A DNA stretch of 63,995 bases, counting the filler, from Stramenopiles sp. TOSAG23-2 (Eukaryota), in assembly GCA_900128395.1 (NCBI GenBank). It is 6 parts of 6 records of this genome, joined end to end, with 100 filler letters (N's around TTAATTAATTAA, not from the genome) between each part and the next. Parts side by side here need not be neighbours in the genome. Positions count along the whole stretch, not along the records: positions 21,973 to 32,826 come from LT649983.1; positions 32,927 to 43,772 come from LT649984.1; 4 more parts are not named here. One strand, given 5' to 3'. Under the pieces are notes generated by a model, which was not told the origin of the DNA, did no database searches, and saw only the letters and a program-made list of their open reading frames with translations. Every line of letters begins with the position of its first letter. Position 1 is the stretch's first letter. Position numbers and translations under genes: made by a program. Positions 22,616-33,356 of this stretch are shown in pieces.

Positions 22616-24409
22616 ATGTTTCAATCCACGCGCACGTATAAAGATAAAAAACAACCACTCCTTTCAAAGAGTGCAAAATATACAACTTTTTGTGGTTTAA
22701 TTTGTTTTGTAATTGCCCTTGTATATACAAGTTCAGTCATTTTTGGGAATAAAAATAAACTAGTTGCAATAAATAATAGTGATGATGATGGGATTGGTAT
22801 AAATAAATATGGTGGTAGTGACAGTGACGATCAAGAAAATACGAATCGAAACAAATATAGAGGAGGTGGTGTTTTAAAATCATTAGGTATTGGTACAAAT
22901 ACTAATTATTTTACAAAAGCGAAAGAAAGACGAATGAAAAATCGGCTTAAAGAGCTAGAAGACCAAGTAGCTATATATACACGGTTATTGGAGGAAACAA
23001 AAGGTTTAAAGGAGGAAGATCATAAATCATCCATAAGAAAGTTAGATAAAGCAGAAAAAGATGCAGCGGATGCAAAACGTTTATTACATGAGCAATCTAC
23101 TTTGAAATCATTGCAAAGCAAAGGTGGGAAAACGGAACGTGATGTATCAATTTTACCACCTTTAAAAATTTATGTATATGATATGCCAGAATTTTATAAT
23201 AAAGAACAAGCAAAAATAAATCCTGATTGTCGGCATGATTATTCTACAACATGGCAAACAAAATATACACTGGAGGTATACTTGCATGAGCAATTATTGA
23301 AAAGTCCATTACGAACAAAAGACCCTGAGGAAGCAAATTTATTTTATGTGCCACTTTATATCTCATGTTTTATGCATGCTAGAGCAACAAATTTTTATAG
23401 TGCAAATGACATGGTACAAAAATCATTGCATTGGGTACAAAGGAAACATCCATTTTGGAACCGTACGTTGGGCCGTGATCATGTATGGACATTCACGCAT
23501 GATATTGGTGCATGTGTAGCTCCATTTCGCACGATGCGGCATTCTATTTTTATTACCAATACTGGTGAATTACATGATCGTAGTCGTGCCATGGCATATT
23601 ATACTGGCATGTACTCCCCCGATTATCAGCAAAAGAAGCGTGATATGTCATTACCATGTTATACGCCATGGAAAGATATTGTTGCTCCACCTATGATAAA
23701 TGACCAATCGTTGATTGACTCCAAAGGTGGGAGTAAAGAAGGACATCATAAACGTACTGTACTTGCCTCGTTTCGTGGAACTATATTAACAGGAGGCACT
23801 TGGTCTATGTATAGTCGTTTTATACGTCAAAAATGGAAAACATTATATGAAGGGGATGAGGAGATACATATTACCGCTGTGCATCCACGGGAAGGAATGG
23901 GTAGCAGAGAAAAAGCAACTAAATATGCAAAAACATACAGAGAAGATTTTTTAAATTCCAAATTTTGCTTATGTCCACCAGGATGGGCTACGTGGACACC
24001 TCGTTTATATGAAGCTTTGTTATTAGGTTGTGTTCCTGTAGTTGTTGCTGATGACAATGCGTTACCATATGCACGTACATTAGATTATTCCAAATTTTCC
24101 GTTCATATTGCAGAAAAACATGCTACTAAATTACGTACAATTTTAAAAGCAGCAGAGAAACAGATCGATCAACTTAGACAAGGTATGAAAGATGTATGGG
24201 CAAATTTTGTGTATAATAGCCCACCAAAACCAGGGGATGCATTTTACAATTTAATGTGGGAATTGCATTTTCGCTCTAAAACACTAGGTGTCATGCAAGG
24301 TTATGTAATTCAAGACCCATGGGTGGGTGCTATTGAAAAAAGACTGGATAATGAAGAAAGTGATGAAGAGGAGGATGAAGAAGAAGAAGGTGGTGATGAT
24401 GTTGAGTAG
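22616..24409 (+). CDS. GT47 (exostosin family) glycosyltransferase, type II membrane protein with a coiled-coil stem
   Basis: TM near the N-terminus; LKIYVYDMP, RTKDPEEANLFYVP, WNRTLGRDHVW, SKFCLCPPGWATWTPRLYEALLLGCVPVV. Confidence 0.9.
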   Translation: MFQSTRTYKDKKQPLLSKSAKYTTFCGLICFVIALVYTSSVIFGNKNKLVAINNSDDDGIGINKYGGSDSDDQENTNRNKYRGGGVLKSLGIGTNTNYFTKAKERRMKNRLKELEDQVAIYTRLLEETKGLKEEDHKSSIRKLDKAEKDAADAKRLLHEQSTLKSLQSKGGKTERDVSILPPLKIYVYDMPEFYNKEQAKINPDCRHDYSTTWQTKYTLEVYLHEQLLKSPLRTKDPEEANLFYVPLYISCFMHARATNFYSANDMVQKSLHWVQRKHPFWNRTLGRDHVWTFTHDIGACVAPFRTMRHSIFITNTGELHDRSRAMAYYTGMYSPDYQQKKRDMSLPCYTPWKDIVAPPMINDQSLIDSKGGSKEGHHKRTVLASFRGTILTGGTWSMYSRFIRQKWKTLYEGDEEIHITAVHPREGMGSREKATKYAKTYREDFLNSKFCLCPPGWATWTPRLYEALLLGCVPVVVADDNALPYARTLDYSKFSVHIAEKHATKLRTILKAAEKQIDQLRQGMKDVWANFVYNSPPKPGDAFYNLMWELHFRSKTLGVMQGYVIQDPWVGAIEKRLDNEESDEEEDEEEEGGDDVE

Positions 24410-24508
24410 GGGGTGGGAGAGAGATTATATACTTCGTATACAACTCCCGTATATATTATTACGCTTCGTATTAAATTTAAAATATTAAAAATTTAAAACT
24501 TCCATATC

Positions 24509-27169
24509 TCACTTTTGCTTATTTGCAACCTTCGCTTTTAATGCTGCCAATTTTGCTTTCAATGCCGCTGCTTCAGTAGCTTTTTTTTTCGCTTGTAATG
24601 CTGCCATTTTAGCTTTTAACGCTGCGGCTTCATTCGCCTTATTCTTAGCTGCCTCAACTTTTGATGATGAAGCAGATGATGAAGAGCCACTACTGCTGTT
24701 GCCACTTTTTTTAGCCTCTTCTAATTCTGCTTTTAGACGTTTAGTTGCTTTCCAAAATTTTGTCGATCTTTCTTTTGCTGCTGCTAATTCCTTTGAAGTA
24801 TCTGCATTCTTTGTCTTTAGTTTCTCGAGCTCACTATTAAGTTGTTTTACTTGCGATTCCAAAGCATTGACTTTTGGATCCTCTTGAGACGATGATTTCA
24901 TAACTGATTCAAGTTGTTTGTTAAAATCATTTTGTAATTTCTTCAGTTCTGCCTCTTTGCTTGCTATATTTTTTTTAAACGACGTTTTTTCTGCTGCTAG
25001 CGATTCTTTCAACTTGTTTGCTTGACTTTGTAAGTCAGCACGACGATTTTGTTCTTTAGCTAGATCATCTTTCAATTTATTGCTTTCTTTTGAACTAGAT
25101 GAAGAGCTAGACTTTAACGTTTTGTTTTCATTAGAAAGTGCAGTTAATTCTTGTATTTTGCTTTCTAATTGTTCTTTCAACGCCGCGGTTTGCCTTTTCG
25201 ATTCTTTATGTGCATTTTGTTGACTTGTAGCCTGCTTCTTAGCATCTTCTAATTGTGCTTTCAAACGTTTTTCAGCTTCTGCAGTATTGCCTTTGCTTTG
25301 ATTTACACTTTCAATATCCTTTGTTAAAGATTTTATTTCATTAGCCGATTCCTCAATTTGCTTGCGTAACGATGCTACTTCTTTATTCACTTTTTCAATT
25401 TCAGAATCTTTTGATGCTATTGTTGATTCTAATTCTTTTGTTGATTTTTCCAATATTTTCATCTCTTTCACCGTATTTTCCAATTTCATTTCCAATGCTT
25501 TTGTAGCTTCTGATCCTTGCTTTGCTTGTTGTGATGATGAACTATTTAATTCATTAAATTTGCCTTTCCATTTAGCAATGTCTTTCGTAGCCTTTGACAT
25601 ATCCTTTTCAAATTGTTCGCGTTCGTCATTTAACATTTCTTCAACAACTTCCTCTTGATCTTTTAATTTCGTGGTCATAGACTTGACCTCTTCCTGTAGA
25701 TTATTAATTATTTTTGACGATTTAGCACTTTCTGCCTTTAACGATTTAAGTGCATGTGCTGTTTTATTTGATTTTGCTTTTTCATCCTTTAACTGACCTT
25801 TTAAATTATTAATTGTTGTCTCGCTGTTTTTTTCTTTTTTAGAGCTAGCACCATCACGATTGGATATATTTTTATTTGCTTGTTGTAACTTCTTTTCCAA
25901 ATTAGCAATTTCCTTTGCTGAACTTTTTTGTAATTTAGTCAATTGCTTCTTTGAAGTATCAATTTCCTGTTGTAGATTTGCCAACATCTCTGTTGCAGAA
26001 TCTGTCGCTTCATCAAGTAAATTTTTACTCTCCGCATTTGCTGCTTTCAATTCTTTTTCTTTTGCTGTTAATTTTGCTTTGTATTCTTCAATGCTTTTTT
26101 TCCTCGTCGACGCTGAATTTGCTAATGATTTTGTCAATGTATTTGCTTTTTTATCCAATGCAGTTATTTTTTTCTCCAATGAAACGCATAGTGATTTCGC
26201 CTTTTTCGTTTCCTCTCTTGCTTGGGTTAATAATTTCTTCTCCACTAAGTTTGCATCGTCTTTTTTTTGCTTTTTCGCTGATGCTGTAACTGCAGATGTA
26301 GCTTTTTTTTCTGCTGCTTTTATAGCATCTTTCATTTTATTAATTTCAGCAATTTTCTTTTTCAAATCATCCTCTTTACGAGCTAATGTTTTTTCCAAAC
26401 TACGTTTTTCTTGTTTTAGGGTCATTGCATTTTCAATAGCAGTAGATGCTTTTTGTTCCATGGAATCAACTTTGCGAAATAGATTCATTTGAACTCTATC
26501 TGATCTTGCTAGTTCACCCCGCATATTGGCTAGCTCTTTTAGCAATTGCTCTTTTGCGCGTTCACTGTCACGTACAATTCGCAATTTTTCAATCCTATTA
26601 GAACGCCGTTGTCCCGCTTCAAATTTATCAATATCGCTAATTCCAATCCTTTTTAAAATGGTATTTGTTCTGCCTTGTTTTGATGGTGTATTTTTTGCCG
26701 CTTCTCTCACCTCTTCCTCGTCGTCATCTTCCGGCAAATTTGTAAGATCTGTTACAATAGAATTGTTATTGTTGCTACTATCATTGTTATCATTGCTTGT
26801 TTTGGTTTTTTTCTTCGCAGTTTGGTTAGGTGATACCATTTGTGCTGGTGGTGGAGAACGACTATCAGCTTTACGTTTTCCACCAGTAATGTTTTGAGGA
26901 CTTTTATTCACAGTTACAGCGTTATTTGTGGAGTTCGTTGTTGTGGTAGTGGTAGTGGTAACGACTTCAGCTTTGACCATAGAATTCGATGACAATGAAC
27001 CACCATCTATGCTGGTATTATTGTTGCTATTACTCGTTGGACTTGATAAATCATCTACATTGAATACTTCATCAAAATCATCATCACCTAATAAATCAAC
27101 TACGTCCCCCATTTGTATTGGGTTTTGTTGTATAAATTGTACATCATCATCATTATTTTGTGCTGCCAT
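24509..27169 (-). CDS. Long coiled-coil protein with a low-complexity N-terminus
   Basis: About 886-aa ORF from MAAQNNDDD; continuous Lys/Glu/Ala heptads; VVDL and VTDLT could be SUMO-interacting motifs (weak). Confidence 0.75.
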   Translation of the reverse strand: MAAQNNDDDVQFIQQNPIQMGDVVDLLGDDDFDEVFNVDDLSSPTSNSNNNTSIDGGSLSSNSMVKAEVVTTTTTTTTNSTNNAVTVNKSPQNITGGKRKADSRSPPPAQMVSPNQTAKKKTKTSNDNNDSSNNNNSIVTDLTNLPEDDDEEEVREAAKNTPSKQGRTNTILKRIGISDIDKFEAGQRRSNRIEKLRIVRDSERAKEQLLKELANMRGELARSDRVQMNLFRKVDSMEQKASTAIENAMTLKQEKRSLEKTLARKEDDLKKKIAEINKMKDAIKAAEKKATSAVTASAKKQKKDDANLVEKKLLTQAREETKKAKSLCVSLEKKITALDKKANTLTKSLANSASTRKKSIEEYKAKLTAKEKELKAANAESKNLLDEATDSATEMLANLQQEIDTSKKQLTKLQKSSAKEIANLEKKLQQANKNISNRDGASSKKEKNSETTINNLKGQLKDEKAKSNKTAHALKSLKAESAKSSKIINNLQEEVKSMTTKLKDQEEVVEEMLNDEREQFEKDMSKATKDIAKWKGKFNELNSSSSQQAKQGSEATKALEMKLENTVKEMKILEKSTKELESTIASKDSEIEKVNKEVASLRKQIEESANEIKSLTKDIESVNQSKGNTAEAEKRLKAQLEDAKKQATSQQNAHKESKRQTAALKEQLESKIQELTALSNENKTLKSSSSSSSKESNKLKDDLAKEQNRRADLQSQANKLKESLAAEKTSFKKNIASKEAELKKLQNDFNKQLESVMKSSSQEDPKVNALESQVKQLNSELEKLKTKNADTSKELAAAKERSTKFWKATKRLKAELEEAKKSGNSSSGSSSSASSSKVEAAKNKANEAAALKAKMAALQAKKKATEAAALKAKLAALKAKVANKQK

Positions 27170-27936
27170 AATAGTATATATATATATATATATATGTATA
27201 AAACTATCTGTCTGCAATATCGATTATTGATATAAATATAAACGATTATATTTCTGGTATTATCTGTTATATATTTGATTCTTGTAGCGAATGAATTTCC
27301 ACACTGTGCCACTCTTAAGTATAATAAAGAAGTGTGCATATATTTAATAATTAAATATTAATAATAACTTTTTTTTTTGCACTTTTTTTCAACAAATAAT
27401 TATTATTATGGCGCTATGTGCTTTTATTTTGTACTGTATTATACTGGTATTAGTATATTGGCCATTAATAATATATTCTGCTGGAATTCCTGGAATTCAT
27501 TTTTTTTTTTTGATGAAAAACGAATAAAAAAAAATTCGAGTATTATATGATAGACTAGCACACTACAACTATTTGTACTTACAGTGCTGTATAAATATAA
27601 ATATTTGGAAAATGAAAAATGACACGGATATAGCACGATGATACAGTAGATCTAGACTAGCTACTACGTGCATACCAGCATACCTTTTTTGGTAAAATGG
27701 TGATTATTTGTTGTGCATTTTTAAAAAGAAGAAGAGAAGTAAGGTGCGAGATGAACAGTTTTTGTAAATTACTAAATTAGGTGTTTTCAATCATATTGAT
27801 TTTATAGATGATAGAGAGTCCAGTAACGCTAGAAGCGAATAGATCATTTTTTGTTGTTTATGTGTATGTGTGTGTGTGTTTAATTTGTGTTTGAAGTAAG
27901 AAAAAAAATAAATAAAAAAAACAAGAAGAATAAAGA

Positions 27937-28179
27937 ATGGCTAGTACAATAACTGTTATAACAGATGATAGTAGTAGATCAGTGCAAGTACCATTTGGTC
28001 CAGAAATGACGGTGGAAATGATAAAAGCAGTATTGGAAAATGAATTACAAGTTCCTACTGCAAACTTAATGTTATTACATAACAATACTATGTTACTTGA
28101 TAATAATGCCACATGTCAATCGCTTGGTATTAATAATGGTGATATGGTAAAAGTTATGTTTATTGGTGTTCGACAACAA

Positions 28180-28212
<33 letters not shown>

Positions 28213-29199
28213 ATGTTTCAAGCACCACCTGCACCTCAAAATAGCAGCGGGATTCAAGGACTTGGTAATTTACCACAAACATATGCAGAAATAAAATATG
28301 AAGATTTGCCTATCGATCCTGGTTTGACATTTCAAGATTTGCCACCGCAAATTATGAACAATCCATCAAATTTGAGAAATGTCGTATTGAAAAACCAACA
28401 TCTATTAAGACAACTTCAACATATGAATCCAAAAATGGCAGAAGCAATACAAAGTGACAATGTGGCTGCTTTGAGACAATATCAAATGGAACAACAAATG
28501 AATCAATATATGGGAAGACGTAATGAATATTTAGAAATTCAACGTTTAAATAATGATCCAACAAATCCAGAAGCGCAACGAGCTATCATGGAACGTATAC
28601 GCAATGAACAAGTGGAACAAAACAGGCAATTAGCAATGGAACATTCGCCAGAATCATTTACACGTGTATTGATGCTATATGTTCCATTACGAGTTCAAAA
28701 TACAGAAATACAAGCATTTATTGATAGTGGTGCACAAACAACTATTATGTCTGAAAGTTGTGCGAAAAAATGTGGTGTTATGCGATTATTAGATACACGA
28801 TTTGCTGGACAAGCTGTTGGTGTTGGAACGGCAAAAATTTTAGGTAAAGTACATTTAGCGCAAATTAATTTTGGTGGTACGTTTTTCCAATGTTCATTTA
28901 CTGTATTAGAAGATGCAACTGGTGATAAAAATATGGAATTTTTGTTAGGACTTGATATGTTAAAACGGTATCAAGCATCAATTGATTTAAAATCAAATCA
29001 ATTACATATGTGGGCTGGTGATAATTGTGTTAGTGTACCATTTTTATCTGAAGGGGAATTGCCTGAATCAAAAGGTGGAACAAAAGGTTTAAGTCAAGCA
29101 ATGAGTGATTCAACAAACAACAATAATAATAACAACAACAACAACAACAACAACAATGCAATGGATACATCGGATGATAAAAAGTCCAGTTCGACATGA
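27937..29199 (+). CDS. DDI1: DNA-damage-inducible protein 1 (UBL + HDD + retroviral-like aspartic protease)
   Basis: N-terminal UBL; AMEHSPESF, MLYV, AFIDSGAQTTIMS, RLLDTRFAGQAVGVGTAKILGKVH, FLLGLDMLKR. Confidence 0.95.
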
Positions 29200-29561
29200 C
29201 TGAATGAAAGTAAATATGTATATATTAGAAGTATCATACGACTATTAGCTATTTTACAGCATTTATTATAATATTTTAAAAATCAATAATAATAATATAT
29301 ATAATTATGTTTCTTAGCACCTTACTATTATTAATAATATTATTATATATATGCATATCAGGCTCAGTAATATTTATAATCATATAATATATATATATAT
29401 TATTTCTCTTACTCATATATATTATATAATCCAAAAAATATTATATATATACACACACATTATATATAATATATATTGTACGAACGTATATATATATATA
29501 TACATTCATAATACACCACCTAATTGTCTTTTCTTGGCACTATATATATTTATATATAAAG

Positions 29562-30575
29562 ATGGACATTGTAAATAATAATATATCATCACCACGCACC
29601 TTATCAAACGATGAATTAGAATTTTATCATAAACATGGATATTTAATTGTAAAAAATGTATTTAATGGTAGTGACTTCAAGGAGTTTGAAGATGACTATG
29701 CGAAGTTAATTGATATCAAAGCAAAAGAATTATTTGAACAAAAGAAAATTACTGATTTAAAGAAAGATTTAACGTTTCAATATAGATTTGCTGCTATTGC
29801 AGAGCAATGCAATGATGAAGTGTTTCATAAAGATATTATACCATTTTGTAGGAGGTTAGACTGTATGTTTGCAAGGACAAAAGGTTTCATGAATTTTATG
29901 TTTAATAAAAAATTATTGTCTGTAGTCGAATCAATTGTAGGACCTGAAATTACGGTGAATCCAATTCAACATGTAAGAGCATATTTACCTGCTCGAAATG
30001 GGCAGCATAATCGTAATTTAAGTGAAGATGGGAGTGGAAATACATCAATTGCACATCCAGCTTTGGCACCATGGCATCAAGATCAAGGTGTAACACGTGA
30101 GGAAGCAGATCAATCTGAAATATTAACTACATGGACTCCATTATTTGATGTTGGAATTGCACCTGGATTAGCTGGGCCGTTGCAAGTAATGCCAAATAGG
30201 ATAAAAGATGGATTATTGCCGCATATTAGAGCCGACTATGGAACAACTATTGACACCAACTTAATTAAAAAAAATGAAGTTGGTGTAAATTGTGTAATGA
30301 AACGTGGAGATGTGCTTTTTATTCATCGTTTCACACCACATCGTGGTACATTGAATTTATCTAATTATGTAAGATGGTCGATAGATTTACGATTTCAAAA
30401 AACTGGAACACCTACTGGCAGACATTTTTGGCCTGAATTTATCGCTAAAACTGCGGCAGCAGATCAAAGTATTATTCAAAATGATTATGAAACTTGGAAA
30501 AAAAGATGGATACATGATTTAGAACATTCAAAGGGTGAACGGTGGCATCGGGTAGCTGATAGTGGTGATTTTTAA
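29562..30575 (+). CDS. Phytanoyl-CoA dioxygenase (PhyH)-family Fe(II)/2OG dioxygenase
   Basis: FYHKHGYLIVKNVF; PWHQD (HxD); MKRGDVLFIHRFTPHRG; VRWSIDLRFQ. Confidence 0.85.
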   Translation: MDIVNNNISSPRTLSNDELEFYHKHGYLIVKNVFNGSDFKEFEDDYAKLIDIKAKELFEQKKITDLKKDLTFQYRFAAIAEQCNDEVFHKDIIPFCRRLDCMFARTKGFMNFMFNKKLLSVVESIVGPEITVNPIQHVRAYLPARNGQHNRNLSEDGSGNTSIAHPALAPWHQDQGVTREEADQSEILTTWTPLFDVGIAPGLAGPLQVMPNRIKDGLLPHIRADYGTTIDTNLIKKNEVGVNCVMKRGDVLFIHRFTPHRGTLNLSNYVRWSIDLRFQKTGTPTGRHFWPEFIAKTAAADQSIIQNDYETWKKRWIHDLEHSKGERWHRVADSGDF

Positions 30576-30762
30576 AAAAGAAAAATATTCTCTTAACACA
30601 TACTCGTAATTTATACGAAGTATAAAGTTATGATATATCATATTATACGAGTATATATGATGTATTAATAGAAGAATTGTATTTAAAGTGGTTTTTTTAT
30701 AATACAAACTTGTACGAGTTCGGTGTAATATTTTTTTAAAATGTGTACACGTATATTGTATT

Positions 30763-31629
30763 TTAATGCTTGCTGACACTTCTTAAACTTGCTGGTAATG
30801 GCATAAATATTAACATCAATAGAAAGACTAATCCAATTGCTAAAAAAATTCGTGAAAAAAAAACTTGATTTCTTGCATCTAGTTCATACGGAGATGGACG
30901 CATTGGTGCAGGTGCTTCATATCTTCTTCGTTGTTGATTATGTATCCCATTATTTACATTACTCCATGAAAAACCGAAAAATGGCAATGGGAAAAATCCA
31001 AATTGAAATCCACCACCGGTATTAGAATTATTATTTTCACCTTGTTGCCTTCGTCGTGTTTCTTGTTGTTCTCTAAATTGTTGTCTTTCATTTTCACGTT
31101 CTTTTTTTGTTTTTGTTGATTGGTTTTTTTGCCTAGCAGCTATATCGATTAATTTATCAGCAATTCCAGATGATGGATTTACATTTCGTGCAATAGTTAC
31201 TGCTGTATCACCAAGATCATTTTTACATAATACGTCTGGATCATTTTTTAAAAATTTACGTACTAAGTCCACTCTATTATTACGTATCATAACCATTAAT
31301 AAACTATCACCATTTGTATTTTTAATATTTATATCAGCTCCATTTTCAATATATACATTCATCTCATCTACAGATATATCTCGACATTTATCAATCAACT
31401 CTTTCCCTATTTTATATCTATAGCTATTGACAAGATTTGCTAATGTTTTATTTGGTATTAACTTATCTGATTTTAAATATTCATTAGTTAGTGGTGATTT
31501 TAATTTTCCACCAGAAAACCATCTTTTTATTGCTGATTCTTCATAGGTATGTCCGTCATCTGCTATAACTGGATTGATAAATAATTCTTGTGATATAGGA
31601 CATATAAATTCTTTCGGTACCTCTTGCAT
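30763..31629 (-). CDS. U-box E3 ligase with ankyrin repeats and an RNF5/RNF185-like C-terminal membrane anchor
   Basis: U-box VPKEFICPISQELFINPVIADDGHTYEESAIKRW...SPLTN; ankyrin GADINIKNTNGDSLL; GGFQFGFFP and FFSRIFLAIGLVFLLMLIF. Confidence 0.85.
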   Translation of the reverse strand: MQEVPKEFICPISQELFINPVIADDGHTYEESAIKRWFSGGKLKSPLTNEYLKSDKLIPNKTLANLVNSYRYKIGKELIDKCRDISVDEMNVYIENGADINIKNTNGDSLLMVMIRNNRVDLVRKFLKNDPDVLCKNDLGDTAVTIARNVNPSSGIADKLIDIAARQKNQSTKTKKERENERQQFREQQETRRRQQGENNNSNTGGGFQFGFFPLPFFGFSWSNVNNGIHNQQRRRYEAPAPMRPSPYELDARNQVFFSRIFLAIGLVFLLMLIFMPLPASLRSVSKH

Positions 31630-32135
31630 GGTGGTGATAACTGATGAGGATCCGTGTTGGTTGTTGTTATTATATATTGATATATATTTGATGAATATAT
31701 ATGATGGTTACTTATATTACTATATGTTTCCACACAATGCTTGTGTTTGTAGTTATTAGTATCATCCCATCATGTTTTTTTATATAGTTGTTTTTTTGAT
31801 GATGTTGTTTGTGTGATGATGTTGTTGTCGCCATGGTGTGGTAGCTAATTACATGTATATACTAATAAGTACAATACTGTCCTATATACGTAGACGACTA
31901 GGAGGATATTTGCTAGTACTCTGATGGTGCTATAATATTTTCTTCTTTATCTTCTATAATAATAATAAATGATGGCAATAATATTGAAATAATGTGCATA
32001 GTGCATATTCATAAATAATACAAAGGAGATGCACATAATTTCAATAATGTACATATTTTACATTTACAAGCAATTTGTATGTTTACATAAGTAATTCTTT
32101 TGCACTGCCATACTCATCTAATTATATATTGAATC

Positions 32136-32489
32136 ATGTCAAAGAAAAAAAGAAAAAGAAATGAACATAAACATGAAGATTTCATTTTTATTGGAATAAA
32201 TGGAACAACAGGTAAGTTCCAAAAATTAAAAAATCAAGATAAATCAAATGAGGATTTTTTATCCTTTTTAAAATGTTTAGACGGGAGAGCTGAACAATCC
32301 TCCATTCCTGTAGAGAAAGGATCTGGTAAATATCCCTATGTGAACTTTAAGAAGAATATAGCAGATGATTTTAAACAACAATTTGAAAAGCATAAGCAAA
32401 GGAAAAAAATTATCCCTATAGGATATTCTTTTGGTGCACGTGCAGCGAATGTATTAATTTTATCATTTAATGAAAGTTGGGCCATTTAA
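32136..32489 (+). CDS. Short ORF or fragment of an alpha/beta-hydrolase-like protein
   Basis: Nucleophile-elbow-like IIPIGYSFGARAA (GxSxG); too short for a full fold, so possibly a first exon or a remnant. Confidence 0.35.
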   Translation: MSKKKRKRNEHKHEDFIFIGINGTTGKFQKLKNQDKSNEDFLSFLKCLDGRAEQSSIPVEKGSGKYPYVNFKKNIADDFKQQFEKHKQRKKIIPIGYSFGARAANVLILSFNESWAI

Positions 32490-32826
32490 AGGCTTTCTTC
32501 CCTCTATGCACGTTTACTATTTTTATGTTTTTCTATTTTAAGAAATTACATGTGGACAATTATATATTGTAATATAATTAATATGCATAAATATATCTTT
32601 TTGAATTTAGTTTATTTCATTTATATGTATGCATGTGTGTAATTGATAATTAATTAAATAATGTGCTACCAGGTAAATTAGAAATTAGATATTCGAAATG
32701 TCACATAATATATGTGCTGGTGTGCACATGTGCACATATCAACAGCATATCAGATTATCCCAAGGCAATATTTAATACTGTAGCTAACAGGTGCACAGCA
32801 GCTGTTACAATATTGCTAATAGCAAA

Positions 32827-32926
32827 NNNNNNNNNNNNNNNNNNNNNNNNNNNNNNNNNNNNNNNNNNNNTTAATTAATTAANNNNNNNNNNNNNNNNNN
32901 NNNNNNNNNNNNNNNNNNNNNNNNNN
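32827..32926. other. Artificial contig linker
   Basis: N44-TTAATTAATTAA-N44. Confidence 0.98.
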
Positions 32927-32928
32927 GT

Positions 32929-33192
32929 GGTGGTAGTGGTTTTGGTGCTGTTAGCAGTAATAATAATGGAGGTGGTGGTGGCTTTGGAGGATTTGGTAGT
33001 TCAAATGCACCAAAACCGGTTGACATGGGTGGTTTTGGTAGTGGAGGAGGATTCGGTAATAGCGATGGAAGCGATGCGAAATCAAATGGTCTTTCATTTG
33101 GTTCTGGTGCAGGATTTGGTAGTTCAAATGCACCAAAACCAGTTGAAATGGGTGGTTTTGGTGGTTTTGGTGGTTTCGGTAACGAGAAATAA
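32929..33192 (+). CDS. 3' end of a Gly/FG-repeat protein (possibly an FG nucleoporin)
   Basis: The frame from 32929 reads GGSGFGAVSSNNNGGGGGFGGFGSSNAPKPVDMGGFG...GFGSSNAPKPVEMGGFGGFGGFGNEK*. The ORF-track ORF at 32927 is the wrong frame. Confidence 0.65.
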   Translation, partial: GGSGFGAVSSNNNGGGGGFGGFGSSNAPKPVDMGGFGSGGGFGNSDGSDAKSNGLSFGSGAGFGSSNAPKPVEMGGFGGFGGFGNEK

Positions 33193-33356
33193 AAACTTTA
33201 AAATATATAATGCATATTTTAGTATACGAAGTTCGTATGATATTCATATTTTTATTTTTTTATTTTAATAATATATATATATTATTATATTTAATTATAC
33301 TCGTATAAAAGATATAATATTAAATATAATATGATGTGGTTAAATTTTTTTTTATT

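Noticed and set aside
27937-29199. Retroviral-like protease as evidence of a retroelement; lack of a UBA domain
   Set aside because: It is ordinary DDI1, and UBA loss is known in several lineages.
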